Shown piece by piece: positions 21,054 to 35,346 of a DNA stretch of 64,000 nt. The notes beneath the pieces were generated by a model. That model was given only the letters and a program-made list of their open reading frames with translations. It did not search any database and was not told the DNA's origin. The stretch is from an uncultured Pelagibacteraceae bacterium (GTDB taxonomy: Bacteria > Pseudomonadota > Alphaproteobacteria > Pelagibacterales > AG-422-B15), in assembly GCA_902634765.1 (NCBI GenBank), contig CACPLH010000001.1, positions 44,533 through 108,532 on the forward strand. Direction: 5' to 3'. A program made the translations under genes and the position numbers. Position 1 is the stretch's first letter; each line of letters begins with the position of its first letter.

Positions 21054-21072
21054 TTTTTCTATTAGAATCGTG

Positions 21073-21100
21073 TACTTACATCTTCTTATGTAAGTATTTT
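21073..21100 (+). terminator. Intrinsic terminator after rpsT
   Basis: TACTTACAT-CTTCTT-ATGTAAGTA (9-bp stem, 6-nt loop) followed by TTTT. Confidence 0.6.
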
Positions 21101-21220
21101 AAAAAGTACATGCTCTAAATTGATTTATTTTATATTAATAAATTTAAGATTAAAATTTATTCATAATATTTTTCTTTTCCCATTGCGATTAATTTTTTTA
21201 GGGGTTACATTAAATTCAAA

Positions 21221-21243
21221 TTAAACACAAAGTCTGTGTTTAA
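21221..21243. promoter_or_regulatory. Inverted pair of DnaA-box-like 9-mers (TTAAACACA / TGTGTTTAA)
   Basis: Each arm differs from TTATNCACA at one position. Arms are separated by 5 bp and lie about 150 bp upstream of the dnaA ATG. The pair could equally be a plain hairpin. Confidence 0.3.
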
Positions 21244-21392
21244 TTTTCCAAAAATTTTTTAAATTTACTTTTTTAAAAAAATTGATGGCTCATTATTGCC
21301 AAATATAATTTTGTTATAAAAGTTTAAAAATTTATTTTTATTTTTGGAATATTTGGATAGAATTTTTATATATTTGAGGGCAGTTAAAATTT

Positions 21393-22802
21393 ATGGCACA
21401 AGATCTTAATCAAGTCAGCCCAATCGAAATAAATGTAAAAGACCTTTGGCTCTTAGTTTTGAAAAAATTAAACAACGAATTTGGAAATGAGATATTTAAT
21501 AGCTGGATTAAAAACATAAAAGTTCAATCCATAGAGGATGATATTTTATATTTTTCAGTCCCAACAAGATTTATACGTGATTGGATCACATCTCATTATT
21601 TAGATAAGATAATTTTTTTCTTGAATGCAGAAAATCCTAATATTAGACGTGTAAAGATATCAATTGATAATATGTTATCTGTTAATCAAGATAACCAAGA
21701 CGAAAAAAATGCTGAAACTATTAAATATCAGAATCAATCATCTAATTTAAATCAATCTGATGATTGGCCATTAGACGAACGATTTACATTTGAAAAATTT
21801 GTCACTGGTCCTTCGAATGAATTAGCGTTTGCATCTGCTAAGCGAATAGCGCAGTCAGAAAAATTTGATTTCAATCCTCTTTTTTTATATGGAGGTGTGG
21901 GTTTAGGTAAAACTCATTTAATGCATTCCATTGCGTGGGAAATTTCAACTAACAATCCGGGTGCAAAAGTTTTATATCTCTCCGCAGAACGATTTATGTT
22001 TCAATTCATTAAATCTTTAAGACAAAAAGACACTATGAGTTTTAAACAGAAGTTTAGATCTGTTGATGTTTTAATTTTAGATGATATTCAATTTATGGTT
22101 GGAAAAAATTCTACCCAAGAAGAATTTTTTCATACTTTCAATTCTCTTCTTGATTTAAATAAAAAAGTTATTCTCTCTTCTGACAGAGCTCCTAGTGATT
22201 TAGAAGGTTTTGATGAAAGAATTAAATCAAGATTATCATGGGGTCTTGTAGCAGATATTTTACCAGCTTCATTTGAGCTTCGTTATGAAATCCTTAAAAA
22301 GAAATCAGTGGAGCTTCTTAAGACAAACAGCGGCCACCATTTACTTGATGACTCTGTTCTTATTTTTTTAGCAAAGACAATTGTAAGTAATGTTAGAGAA
22401 CTTGAGGGGGCTCTTAATAAAGTAGTCACATTCTCAAATATTATGAATAAGAAAATTGATGTAGAATTAACTAAGACTGTTCTTAAAGATTTACTAAGAT
22501 CAAATAATAAAAGAATTACTATTGATGAAATACAGAATAAAGTTTCAAATTATTATAACATCAATACTGAGGATCTTATATCAAGCAGAAGACTAAGATC
22601 GTTTGCTAGACCAAGACAGATCGCTATGTACCTTGCAAAAAAACTAACTTCTAGATCTTTACCTGAAATTGGTAGAAAGTTTGGCGGTAGGGATCATACT
22701 ACTGTTATTCACGCTGTAAAAAAAATAGATCAGCTTAAATCTGAGAATGAAAAATTTGATGAAGATGTCAGTGTGCTTACTCAAATTATCACTTCTTCTT
22801 AA
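21393..22802 (+). CDS. dnaA: Chromosomal replication initiator DnaA
   Basis: AAA+ Walker A (GGVGLGKTHL), box VII, and the C-terminal DNA-binding signature (GGRDHTTVIHA). Confidence 0.95.
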   Translation: MAQDLNQVSPIEINVKDLWLLVLKKLNNEFGNEIFNSWIKNIKVQSIEDDILYFSVPTRFIRDWITSHYLDKIIFFLNAENPNIRRVKISIDNMLSVNQDNQDEKNAETIKYQNQSSNLNQSDDWPLDERFTFEKFVTGPSNELAFASAKRIAQSEKFDFNPLFLYGGVGLGKTHLMHSIAWEISTNNPGAKVLYLSAERFMFQFIKSLRQKDTMSFKQKFRSVDVLILDDIQFMVGKNSTQEEFFHTFNSLLDLNKKVILSSDRAPSDLEGFDERIKSRLSWGLVADILPASFELRYEILKKKSVELLKTNSGHHLLDDSVLIFLAKTIVSNVRELEGALNKVVTFSNIMNKKIDVELTKTVLKDLLRSNNKRITIDEIQNKVSNYYNINTEDLISSRRLRSFARPRQIAMYLAKKLTSRSLPEIGRKFGGRDHTTVIHAVKKIDQLKSENEKFDEDVSVLTQIITSS

Positions 22803-22868
22803 TAACTTTTAGTTATTCAAATCTTTATCTATTGCTAATTAAATTGTAGAGTAGTATTTGTAGTATTC

Positions 22869-23996
22869 ATGGATTTTAGAGTAAACAGTACCGAACTTCT
22901 TAGAGCATTATCTCACATACATGGTATTGTTGAAGTTCGTCACACTCTTCCAATATTATCGAACATTATCATTACAACTCACGATAATTTATTATCATTA
23001 TCTTCAACCAACTTAGACATTTTCTGTTCTGATGATTTGGAGGCTGAAGTTAGTCAGAATGGTTCTACTTCGGTTTCAGCTGGAACTTTTTATGAAATAG
23101 TAAAAAGACTACCAAGTGGATCTGAAATTCATGCATCTTTATCAGAAGAAGACTCAACTTTAACTTTGAAGTGCGGTAGATCAAAATTTAATCTTACTAC
23201 GATTTCATCTGATGATTTTCCCAAGATTTCCCATGATGATTTAAATATACAATTTGTCTTAAGTGCAACTGAGCTTAAGAGAATGATAGATAAGACTAAA
23301 TTTGCAATATCGAATGAAGAAACTAGATACTACTTAAATGGTGTTTTTCTTCATCAAACTCAAAAAAATTCAATAGATATTTTAAGAGCTGTTGCGACAG
23401 ATGGTCATCGTCTAGCTCAATACGATATTCCTTTGCCCCAAGGCGCCAAAGATATGAATGGAATTATCATTCCAAAAAAAATGATTCAAGAATTAAGAAG
23501 AGTTTTAGATGATGCAACGGGTGATATCAATATACAACTTAATGAAAATAAAATTAAATTTTCATTTAATAACATGCAGATTATTTCAAAAGTTATCGAT
23601 GGAACTTTTCCAGACTATACAAAAGTCATACCTCAATCCAATGATAAATCAATAACAACAAATAATGAGGAATTAAAAAAAGCAATTGACAGAGTCTCTG
23701 CAGTTGCAATTAATGAAGAAACAAAATCAAAAGCTATAAAATTAATTATTGAGTCAAATAAAATATCTTTAAGTGTTGATTCAACATCAAGAGGATCAGC
23801 AATTGAAGAGATTGATTTAGATTATAATAATGAAAAAGTTGAGATTGGTTTTAATTCAAGATATTTAATTGATATTTGTAACGAGATAGATGGCGATAAG
23901 ATCAACCTCAAGTTTTTAAATTCTACATCTCCTGCTATAATCCTAGATAATACAGATGAAAATCTTTTTTTTGTATTAATGCCAATGCGAATATAA
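22869..23996 (+). CDS. dnaN: DNA polymerase III beta sliding clamp
   Basis: 375 aa. ATDGHRLA motif and C-terminal MPMRI. Confidence 0.9.
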   Translation: MDFRVNSTELLRALSHIHGIVEVRHTLPILSNIIITTHDNLLSLSSTNLDIFCSDDLEAEVSQNGSTSVSAGTFYEIVKRLPSGSEIHASLSEEDSTLTLKCGRSKFNLTTISSDDFPKISHDDLNIQFVLSATELKRMIDKTKFAISNEETRYYLNGVFLHQTQKNSIDILRAVATDGHRLAQYDIPLPQGAKDMNGIIIPKKMIQELRRVLDDATGDINIQLNENKIKFSFNNMQIISKVIDGTFPDYTKVIPQSNDKSITTNNEELKKAIDRVSAVAINEETKSKAIKLIIESNKISLSVDSTSRGSAIEEIDLDYNNEKVEIGFNSRYLIDICNEIDGDKINLKFLNSTSPAIILDNTDENLFFVLMPMRI

Positions 23997-24002
23997 GCTT
24001 AC

Positions 24003-28274
<4,272 letters not shown>

Positions 28275-28322
28275 ATTAATTAATATAAAGAATTTTTAAA
28301 TTTAAAAAAGAAGAGAAAGCTT

Positions 28323-29615
28323 TTGAAGCAAGGAACACTAAATATTCAAGATAATATTTCTTTAAAACTTAGAACACTTATTTTTTTTAATTGGATTGCA
28401 ATTATTGGACAGTCATTAGCTGTTTTTGTTTCTTATTCAATAATTGAAGTAGATTTTAATTTGTTCGCAACCATATTCTTAATTGTGTTATTATTATTAT
28501 TAAATATCTTTTTAACTCTAAAATTTCCAATTACTAAAGCTTTAAATTTCAATGAAACTACTATTTATTTATTGTTTGACCTTTTGCAGTTGATTTTTTT
28601 GTTATATTTAACGGGAGGTTTAACAAATCCTTTTTGTATCTTAATTTTAGTGCCTATAGTTATTTCATCTACTTATCTTGATTTAAAGAGAACTATTTTG
28701 ATTTGTGCAGCTTCGATTATTTCTTTAAGTATTCTACTTTTCTTTTACGTACCAATAAGTAGTAATTTAATTAATTTTAATAGCGGTAGCTTCTCTAGAG
28801 AAGAAATTTTTTCAATTTGGGGAGCTTTAATAATTACATTCATTTTTATGTCTTCTTATTGTTATCGAACAGCAAGTGAGTCTCGAAAAGCTGAGAAGGC
28901 TCTTAGAGAAACTCAAATGGCATTGTCAAATGAGGAAAAAGTATCTGCTCTTATGAGTTTAACAGCTGCTGCTGTTCATGAGCTTGGAACTCCATTGTCT
29001 ACCATTTCTGTTGTGTCAAAAGAACTTGTTGGAAATGTTAAAAAGAGTGATGTTAATTATGATGATTTACAATTAATTCAAACTCAAGTTAAAAGATGTG
29101 CAGATATTTTAAAGAGACTTCGAACGACTAAGTTTGTTAGGGATAGTGACGAGTTTCTAAATGAATTTACTTTCACAAGTTTAATAAATGAGATTTTAGA
29201 AGATTATTCGAATGAAAAAATTGAAGTATCAATTAATGCTGATGAAATCTTTTCAGAAAAGAATATTACTTTTTCTAGAGTTCCTGAGGTTATACAGTCA
29301 TTATCAAACATTATAGATAATGCATTTAAATATGCGAAAAATAAAATTGTTATTAATTTGAAATATGCAGAAAAGTACATAATTGTTGAGATAATTGATG
29401 ATGGAAATGGGTTCTCACCAGAAATATACGCATTGCTTGGTGAACCTTATGTTCGAAGAAGTATTGATAAAGAAGATAAAGGATTAGGATTAGGACTATT
29501 TATTTCAAAAAATTTACTCAGCAAATCGTATGGTAATATTGAGTTTTCAAATTTTAAACCCAATGGAGCATGTGTAAGAATTTTTTTGAATAAGAAAGAA
29601 TTAAACATAAAATAA
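28323..29615 (+). CDS. regB: Redox-sensing histidine kinase, RegB/PrrB/ActS type
   Basis: Multi-TM N-terminus containing the GGxxNPF motif (GGLTNPF). H-box AAAVHELGTPLSTI and a downstream Cys (VKRCADILKRL). Followed by regA. Confidence 0.75.
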   Translation: MKQGTLNIQDNISLKLRTLIFFNWIAIIGQSLAVFVSYSIIEVDFNLFATIFLIVLLLLLNIFLTLKFPITKALNFNETTIYLLFDLLQLIFLLYLTGGLTNPFCILILVPIVISSTYLDLKRTILICAASIISLSILLFFYVPISSNLINFNSGSFSREEIFSIWGALIITFIFMSSYCYRTASESRKAEKALRETQMALSNEEKVSALMSLTAAAVHELGTPLSTISVVSKELVGNVKKSDVNYDDLQLIQTQVKRCADILKRLRTTKFVRDSDEFLNEFTFTSLINEILEDYSNEKIEVSINADEIFSEKNITFSRVPEVIQSLSNIIDNAFKYAKNKIVINLKYAEKYIIVEIIDDGNGFSPEIYALLGEPYVRRSIDKEDKGLGLGLFISKNLLSKSYGNIEFSNFKPNGACVRIFLNKKELNIK

Positions 29616-29619
29616 TTAT

Positions 29620-30150
29620 ATGAATGAAGAAAATTCACTTTTAATTTTAGATGATGATGAAATTTTTTGTAAGAGACTTCAGACAGCAATGAGTCGTAAA
29701 GGCTTTAACTCTTATGGAGCTTATTCAATTAGAGAAGCTAAAGAATTACTTAAAGAGTCTATTCCAAAATATGCCGTGATTGATTTGAGATTGGGTGACG
29801 GCAATGGTCTCGAAATTGTATCAATTATTTCAAAACAAAGAAAAGATAGCAAAATTATAATATTGACTGGTTATGGGAATATTCCAACTGCTGTGGCTGC
29901 AGTCAAAGAAGGGGCTTGTGATTATTTATCAAAACCTGCTGATGCAGATGATATTGAGGCTGCTTTACGTTCACCATATGAAAAAATTCCTGATCCTCCG
30001 GCAAACCCTATGTCAGCAGATCGTGTAAAATGGGAACATATTCTTAGGGTGTATGAACAATGCAATCGAAATGTTTCTGAGACTGCTCGAAGGCTTAAAA
30101 TGCATAGAAGAACTTTACAGAGAATTCTTCAAAAAAAATCTCCAAGATAA
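29620..30150 (+). CDS. regA: Response regulator RegA/PrrA/ActR
   Basis: Receiver domain plus the near-invariant HTH RNVSETARRLKMHRRTLQRILQKKSPR. Confidence 0.9.
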   Translation: MNEENSLLILDDDEIFCKRLQTAMSRKGFNSYGAYSIREAKELLKESIPKYAVIDLRLGDGNGLEIVSIISKQRKDSKIIILTGYGNIPTAVAAVKEGACDYLSKPADADDIEAALRSPYEKIPDPPANPMSADRVKWEHILRVYEQCNRNVSETARRLKMHRRTLQRILQKKSPR

Positions 30151-30155
30151 GTAGG

Positions 30156-31355
30156 TTATGCTGATTTTTTTAATTGATTGATTTCACTTAAAGTACTGAC
30201 TCCTTGGTCAGCAATTTCTTGGCCAGCAACAGTATCATTCTCAGAGTCAAGCTCATCCATATTAACAAATTCAGCATATGTTGCTTTTGTTCTATCAGTA
30301 ATGATATGCGCCTTTAGTAAGGTTTTCACTAAAACTCTAAATATATTATTTTGATTTTTCATCTCATCTTTAATTACTTCACCTTGGTCAATATACTTAT
30401 GGAACTCTTGGTCAACCCATTTGTAATCAAGTCCAACGCATGAATAAACGTGTTTCTTTTCTGTTGGGTTGACTAAGTTAAATAGAAGCTCAACAAATAT
30501 TTTTTCAGCCCAATCTTCTACTTTAATATGCTCTTTTTTTGACAACTTAGGTATTGTTCTGTCAGCCCATATCTTTCCAAACTTATGATGGAAAGCTTCA
30601 TCACTCATAGTGTACTTTAATAGTGTTTTCAGCACTGGATCGTTTGTATTTTCATAGGCCATGGCGAAAGCTCCCATTGCCAAACCTTCAATCATCATCT
30701 GCATGCCAACAATCTTTTTATAAACAACATCAGACGAAACTATGTCATTAGCAACCCTTCCTAATGTAGGGCCGACCTTATAAGGTGATCCCCATCTGGC
30801 TTGAATATATCTTGTAAACCCAGCAACGTGTCTAGCTTCTTCTCTAGTTTGATTAGCTGCATATTCTTGTGCTCCTGGATCTCGAAGAACATGGCAAAGA
30901 CTAGCACTTAAAGATAAGGCTGCTTGTTCCCCGTGAAGTATCTGAGATAATACAAATCGAAAACTTTCATTATTAAGTTTGATCAATTGTTTTGTTGTTA
31001 ATTTCTCTCTTATGCTTGGTATTTGAAGTTCAATACCAAATGGTCCATCTGGATCTACAATATTTTGATTTTCAACGTCAAATGGAATATCAAAATCTAT
31101 GTATTTTTTATCATTTGGATCCCAAAAATGTTTATGTGTAGCACTAATAATTTTATCAAAAGCATTTGATCGATCACTGTAACGGTCTTCATCCATCATC
31201 GGGATAAAGTGTTTTGGATTAGCTGCATTATATGCAGGATCTTTAGTAAGAGAATTTTTCCCAGTGTTAGACGTTTGCCACTTTTCTTGAACTTTATATA
31301 CTTTGTCTTTTGCAATTATTTTTGCAATTTGTATTTTCTGAGATAATTCAACCAT
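30156..31355 (-). CDS. Ferritin-like diiron-carboxylate protein (R2-like / AurF-like oxygenase fold), function unknown
   Basis: Full E / ExxH / E / ExxH ligand set at the expected spacing: LHGEQAAL, REEARH, MMIEGLAM, SDEAFHH. R2-like HFWDP segment. About 130-aa N-terminal and 60-aa C-terminal extensions. Confidence 0.55.
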   Translation of the reverse strand: MVELSQKIQIAKIIAKDKVYKVQEKWQTSNTGKNSLTKDPAYNAANPKHFIPMMDEDRYSDRSNAFDKIISATHKHFWDPNDKKYIDFDIPFDVENQNIVDPDGPFGIELQIPSIREKLTTKQLIKLNNESFRFVLSQILHGEQAALSLSASLCHVLRDPGAQEYAANQTREEARHVAGFTRYIQARWGSPYKVGPTLGRVANDIVSSDVVYKKIVGMQMMIEGLAMGAFAMAYENTNDPVLKTLLKYTMSDEAFHHKFGKIWADRTIPKLSKKEHIKVEDWAEKIFVELLFNLVNPTEKKHVYSCVGLDYKWVDQEFHKYIDQGEVIKDEMKNQNNIFRVLVKTLLKAHIITDRTKATYAEFVNMDELDSENDTVAGQEIADQGVSTLSEINQLKKSA

Positions 31356-31598
31356 ATACGGAATTTAATTCATTTGTATTAATATGTAAATAATATGCAC
31401 TAGATTAAAATATATATCAATGCGACAAACCGTCAAATTTATGTATAAAAAAAATATGTTATTTATCAATATCTTAATAAATATTTAGGTTAAATTTTAA
31501 TTTAAAAAGATATTAATTTTTGTGTACTTTGCGTTGATTTTCCAATAATTTTACAACCAATCTGAAAAGGGCTCTCAATTTAGTTTACTATTAATTTT

Positions 31599-34367
31599 AT
31601 GATGCAAAAAATTGAAGATTTTGTTTTTAAATTTAAGCTATCGATACTAGGCATATTTGTCCTGCTAACGGTTGTAATGGGCTATTTTGCTCTTCAAATT
31701 AGAATGGATGCTGGTTTTATTAAACAGTTGCCAACAAATCATGAATTTATTCATACTTACTTTCAGTATCAAGACGCACTTAGTGGAACTAATAATATTA
31801 CAATCTCTCTAAGAACAACTGATGGAGAAATATTTGAAAAAGATTATTTATCTAAACTATATGAGCTTTCTGAAACCTTAAGATATCTACCAGGCGTTAA
31901 TCAATCAAGTATGAAGTCTTTATGGACTTCAAATACAAGAGTAATGAGAGTTACTGAAGAAGGATTTGAAGCAACCACTGTCATACCTGGCAATATTACT
32001 CCACAAGAATTAACTGATAGTGAAATAAAAAATATTAGAGATAGAGTTCTAACGGGTGGTCATGTTGGAAGCTTAGTTGCCAATGATTTCTCAGCTTCTT
32101 TAGTAAGAGTTGAGCTAACTGAATTTGATCCTCGAACGGGAGAAAAATTAGATTATCTTCAATTGGGTCGAGAGATTGAAGCTATTAGAGATGAATTTGA
32201 AGTTGGCAAATACAAAGTAGAAATTACTGGATTTGCAAAAATGATTTCTGATATTGCAAGTGAAGCTTATAATGTTGTTATATTTTTTGCTTTAGCTTTT
32301 ATATTAACTGTTTTAGCTGTTTATTGGTATTCAAGATCATGGACGTTAACTTTTTTACCCTTGATCTGCTCTTTAACTTCATTAATTTGGCAATTTGGAA
32401 TGTTAAAAGTTCTTGGGTTTGGATTAGATCCTCTTGCAATACTTGTTCCTTTTTTAGTTTTTGCCATTGGTGTTTCTCACGGTATTCAGCAAGTTAATCA
32501 AATTTCAAAAGAAGTAATAGATGGACGCTCTTCCGAATATGCTGCTAGAGCAAGTTTTTCAAGACTTCTCGTTCCTGGGAGTATGGCTTTGGTAACGGAT
32601 CTTGTTGGATTTGGAACACTTATCTTATTGCCAATTGGAATGATTCAAGAGTTAGGAATTACAGCTTCAATTGGTGTTGCTTTTAAAATTATAACCAACT
32701 TAATAATGCTTCCACTTGCTGCTTCTTATGCGAGATATAATGATAATTTTGTTAAGTCTGCATCGTCTGCCATTGCGTATAGAAGAAAAGGAGTTGCAGT
32801 TTTTGGAAAATTAGCGAAGCCTCGGGCAGCAGCGATAACTCTTACTGTAAGTGCTGTATTATTTGCTGGAGCAATATTCATGGCGTCAGACAGACATGTA
32901 GGTGATTTACATGAAGGCGCACCTGAGCTAAGACCAGAAGCTCGATACAACCAAGATATTGGAGAAATCACGAAGAGATATAATGTAACAACAGATGTTC
33001 TCGTCGTTATCTTTGAAAGCTTAGCACAATCTCAAGGGGTTCCGCCTTGTCGCGCTATTGATATGATGAATGCGCAAGATAATTTTCATTGGTATGCAGA
33101 AAATATTGATGGAGTTGTTTCAGTAATTTCCCTTTCAAGTATTGCAAAAAGAGGAATGAGTGGGTATGCCGAGGGCAATTTAAAATGGAGCTATTTACCA
33201 AGAAATGACCGAGCATTATCATTTGCTTCAAGTGTAGTTGGGCCCGAGTCCGGCCTGATGAACGAGAGTTGTTCAATAATGCCGATATATATTTTTACTA
33301 AGGATCACAAAGCAACAACCATTTCTCATATAATAGAAGAAATAGAAAAATATAAACAAAAATTTTTAGAATCTGAATCGACTTTCACAATGAGATCATT
33401 TTTTAAAAGACCAGCTGAAGGTACTGATTTTATTTCTGATGCTGGAGTAGTAAGTGGTTCTTTTTTTGCAGGAACAATTGAAGACTGGGATATTAATGAG
33501 CATAGATATTTTAATACTGATGAATGGATCCTTTTTGGTCATGATAATAACTTTAATGTTAGAGACTTGTGGAATAGTAAATTATTAAATTATTTAAGAG
33601 ATATAAACCAATATGATGAAAAATTAGAACCCACTGTCAGGGAGATTCGAAAAGCAGATACGGCCATAAAAACGTTCTTTGACGAAAATAAAGACATCCC
33701 TGCAATTGTCTATGATATGGATGAAATAAACTATCGTTTAGCAAGTGGCACAGTTGGAATTCAACATGCAACAAATGAAATAATTGAAGAATCCGAACTT
33801 CCAATGATGTTAATTGTATATGCAGTAATCTTTCTTCTAGTTTTTGGAACCTATATGGACTGGAGAGCCACAATCTGTTGCACTGTTCCTCTTACATTTG
33901 CAACAATGTTGGGATATGCATTTATGGATATGATGCAAATTGGTCTAAAAGTTTCTACTCTGCCCGTAATGGTACTTGCTGTAGGTATTGGAGTAGATTA
34001 TGCATTCTATATTTATAATAGATTACAAACTTATTTAAGAGAAGGTATGGATATATCTCAGGCATTTGAGCAGACTTTTGCGAATACTGGTGCCGCAGTA
34101 GTATTTACTGCTTTAACTCTTGCAATTGGTGTATCGACTTGGTCTTTTTCGGCTCTCAAATTCCAAGCTGATATGGGAATGCTTTTGACATTTATGTTCT
34201 TGATTAATATGGTTTGTGCTATGACAACGCTACCTGCTTTAGCAGTTGTATTAGATAAAGTTGTTCCAAGAAAAAATGATAGTGTATTTAAGTTTGTAGG
34301 TGGTCAAACAGGCGTAGCTTATTTGATAACAATATCCCTGGTTATTGTAGCTTTATTTTTAATTTAA
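31599..34367 (+). CDS. RND-superfamily transporter, MMPL/HpnN-like, with no adjacent adaptor or outer-membrane partner
   Basis: 922 aa. Hydrophobic segments arranged 1+5 and 1+5 with two large loops, plus an extra C-terminal helix. No membrane-fusion or outer-membrane-factor gene nearby. Confidence 0.75.
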   Translation: MMQKIEDFVFKFKLSILGIFVLLTVVMGYFALQIRMDAGFIKQLPTNHEFIHTYFQYQDALSGTNNITISLRTTDGEIFEKDYLSKLYELSETLRYLPGVNQSSMKSLWTSNTRVMRVTEEGFEATTVIPGNITPQELTDSEIKNIRDRVLTGGHVGSLVANDFSASLVRVELTEFDPRTGEKLDYLQLGREIEAIRDEFEVGKYKVEITGFAKMISDIASEAYNVVIFFALAFILTVLAVYWYSRSWTLTFLPLICSLTSLIWQFGMLKVLGFGLDPLAILVPFLVFAIGVSHGIQQVNQISKEVIDGRSSEYAARASFSRLLVPGSMALVTDLVGFGTLILLPIGMIQELGITASIGVAFKIITNLIMLPLAASYARYNDNFVKSASSAIAYRRKGVAVFGKLAKPRAAAITLTVSAVLFAGAIFMASDRHVGDLHEGAPELRPEARYNQDIGEITKRYNVTTDVLVVIFESLAQSQGVPPCRAIDMMNAQDNFHWYAENIDGVVSVISLSSIAKRGMSGYAEGNLKWSYLPRNDRALSFASSVVGPESGLMNESCSIMPIYIFTKDHKATTISHIIEEIEKYKQKFLESESTFTMRSFFKRPAEGTDFISDAGVVSGSFFAGTIEDWDINEHRYFNTDEWILFGHDNNFNVRDLWNSKLLNYLRDINQYDEKLEPTVREIRKADTAIKTFFDENKDIPAIVYDMDEINYRLASGTVGIQHATNEIIEESELPMMLIVYAVIFLLVFGTYMDWRATICCTVPLTFATMLGYAFMDMMQIGLKVSTLPVMVLAVGIGVDYAFYIYNRLQTYLREGMDISQAFEQTFANTGAAVVFTALTLAIGVSTWSFSALKFQADMGMLLTFMFLINMVCAMTTLPALAVVLDKVVPRKNDSVFKFVGGQTGVAYLITISLVIVALFLI

Positions 34368-35306
34368 TTATTTATTAACCAGCTTAATAAATATTTCCTC
34401 TAAGTCATTATCTTCAATTTTGATATTTTTAATGTTCATTTTAAGTTTAACTAATCTTGTGAGAAGTTCTTGGTGGCTAATAATGCTTGGATCATATCCA
34501 ATGGCTATATGGCCGTTGTGATTTGTGAATGATATATCTAAATCATCCAAGATATCATCTTTGATTACTGTTGAATTATCATGTTCAATAATTATTTTCT
34601 TAAAATTCATCTTTGCTTTAATATTTTTTGTTTTATCTGCAATTAAGAGTTTGCCCTTATTAATAATAGCAATTTCATCACATAAATTTTCAGCTTCGTG
34701 TAAATAATGTGTTGTTATAATTATCGTTTTACCCTGAGTTTTTAGTGACTTTATATTTTCCCATAAGGTCTGCCTCAACTCTACGTCTACACCTGCAGTC
34801 GGCTCATCAAGTACAAGTATTTCTGGATCATGAACCATTGCTTTTGCTATGAGTAGTCGTCTTTTCATTCCACCAGAAAGTGTTCTAGCATAGGCATCAG
34901 ATTTATCTTCCAAAGCTAATAGACTAAGAATTTTTTTTGTTTGCCTTTTTTCTTTCGGCACTCCATAGAGCCCTGCTTGAAGCTCTAATAATTCATAAGG
35001 AGTGAAAAAGGGATCCATATTTAATTCTTGAGGGACTATACCAATACGGGGTTTGATTTCATAAAGTTCCTTTGAATAATCTTTTCCAAAAATTTTAATA
35101 GTACCTGAAGTTTTATAAACTAAATCAGCTAAAATATTAATAAGAGTTGATTTGCCAGCTCCATTAGGTCCCAATAGTCCAAATATTATTCCTGACTTTA
35201 TTTCGAGAGAAATATTATCTAAAGAGTAGCTTTTTTGATTCTTATAAATCTTTGACAAATTATTAATTGTTATTGCAATGTTTTCTTTCATAACTATTTT
35301 GTACAA
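34368..35306 (-). CDS. ABC transporter ATP-binding protein (ABC-2 / NatA-like with C-terminal extension)
   Basis: Walker A GPNGAGKST, signature LSGGMKRR, Walker B ILVLDEPT. No permease gene adjacent. Confidence 0.85.
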   Translation of the reverse strand: MYKIVMKENIAITINNLSKIYKNQKSYSLDNISLEIKSGIIFGLLGPNGAGKSTLINILADLVYKTSGTIKIFGKDYSKELYEIKPRIGIVPQELNMDPFFTPYELLELQAGLYGVPKEKRQTKKILSLLALEDKSDAYARTLSGGMKRRLLIAKAMVHDPEILVLDEPTAGVDVELRQTLWENIKSLKTQGKTIIITTHYLHEAENLCDEIAIINKGKLLIADKTKNIKAKMNFKKIIIEHDNSTVIKDDILDDLDISFTNHNGHIAIGYDPSIISHQELLTRLVKLKMNIKNIKIEDNDLEEIFIKLVNK

Positions 35307-35346
35307 ATAATAGTTTTTATTTTAATTTCTTGTATCATATAAACTT

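Noticed and set aside
21210-21224. TTAA-N7-TTAA (CtrA-box pattern) upstream of dnaA.
   Set aside because: The pattern is expected by chance at appreciable frequency in about 85% AT DNA (my rough estimate is about 0.2 per 339 bp). From memory, SAR11-type genomes lack CtrA. There is no supporting second site.
22801-22817. AATAACT-TTT-AGTTATT hairpin after dnaA, and the AAGATA-AA-TATCTT palindrome at 48426-48439.
   Set aside because: These are short all-AT stems with minimal loops. They are thermodynamically weak and expected by chance in this composition.
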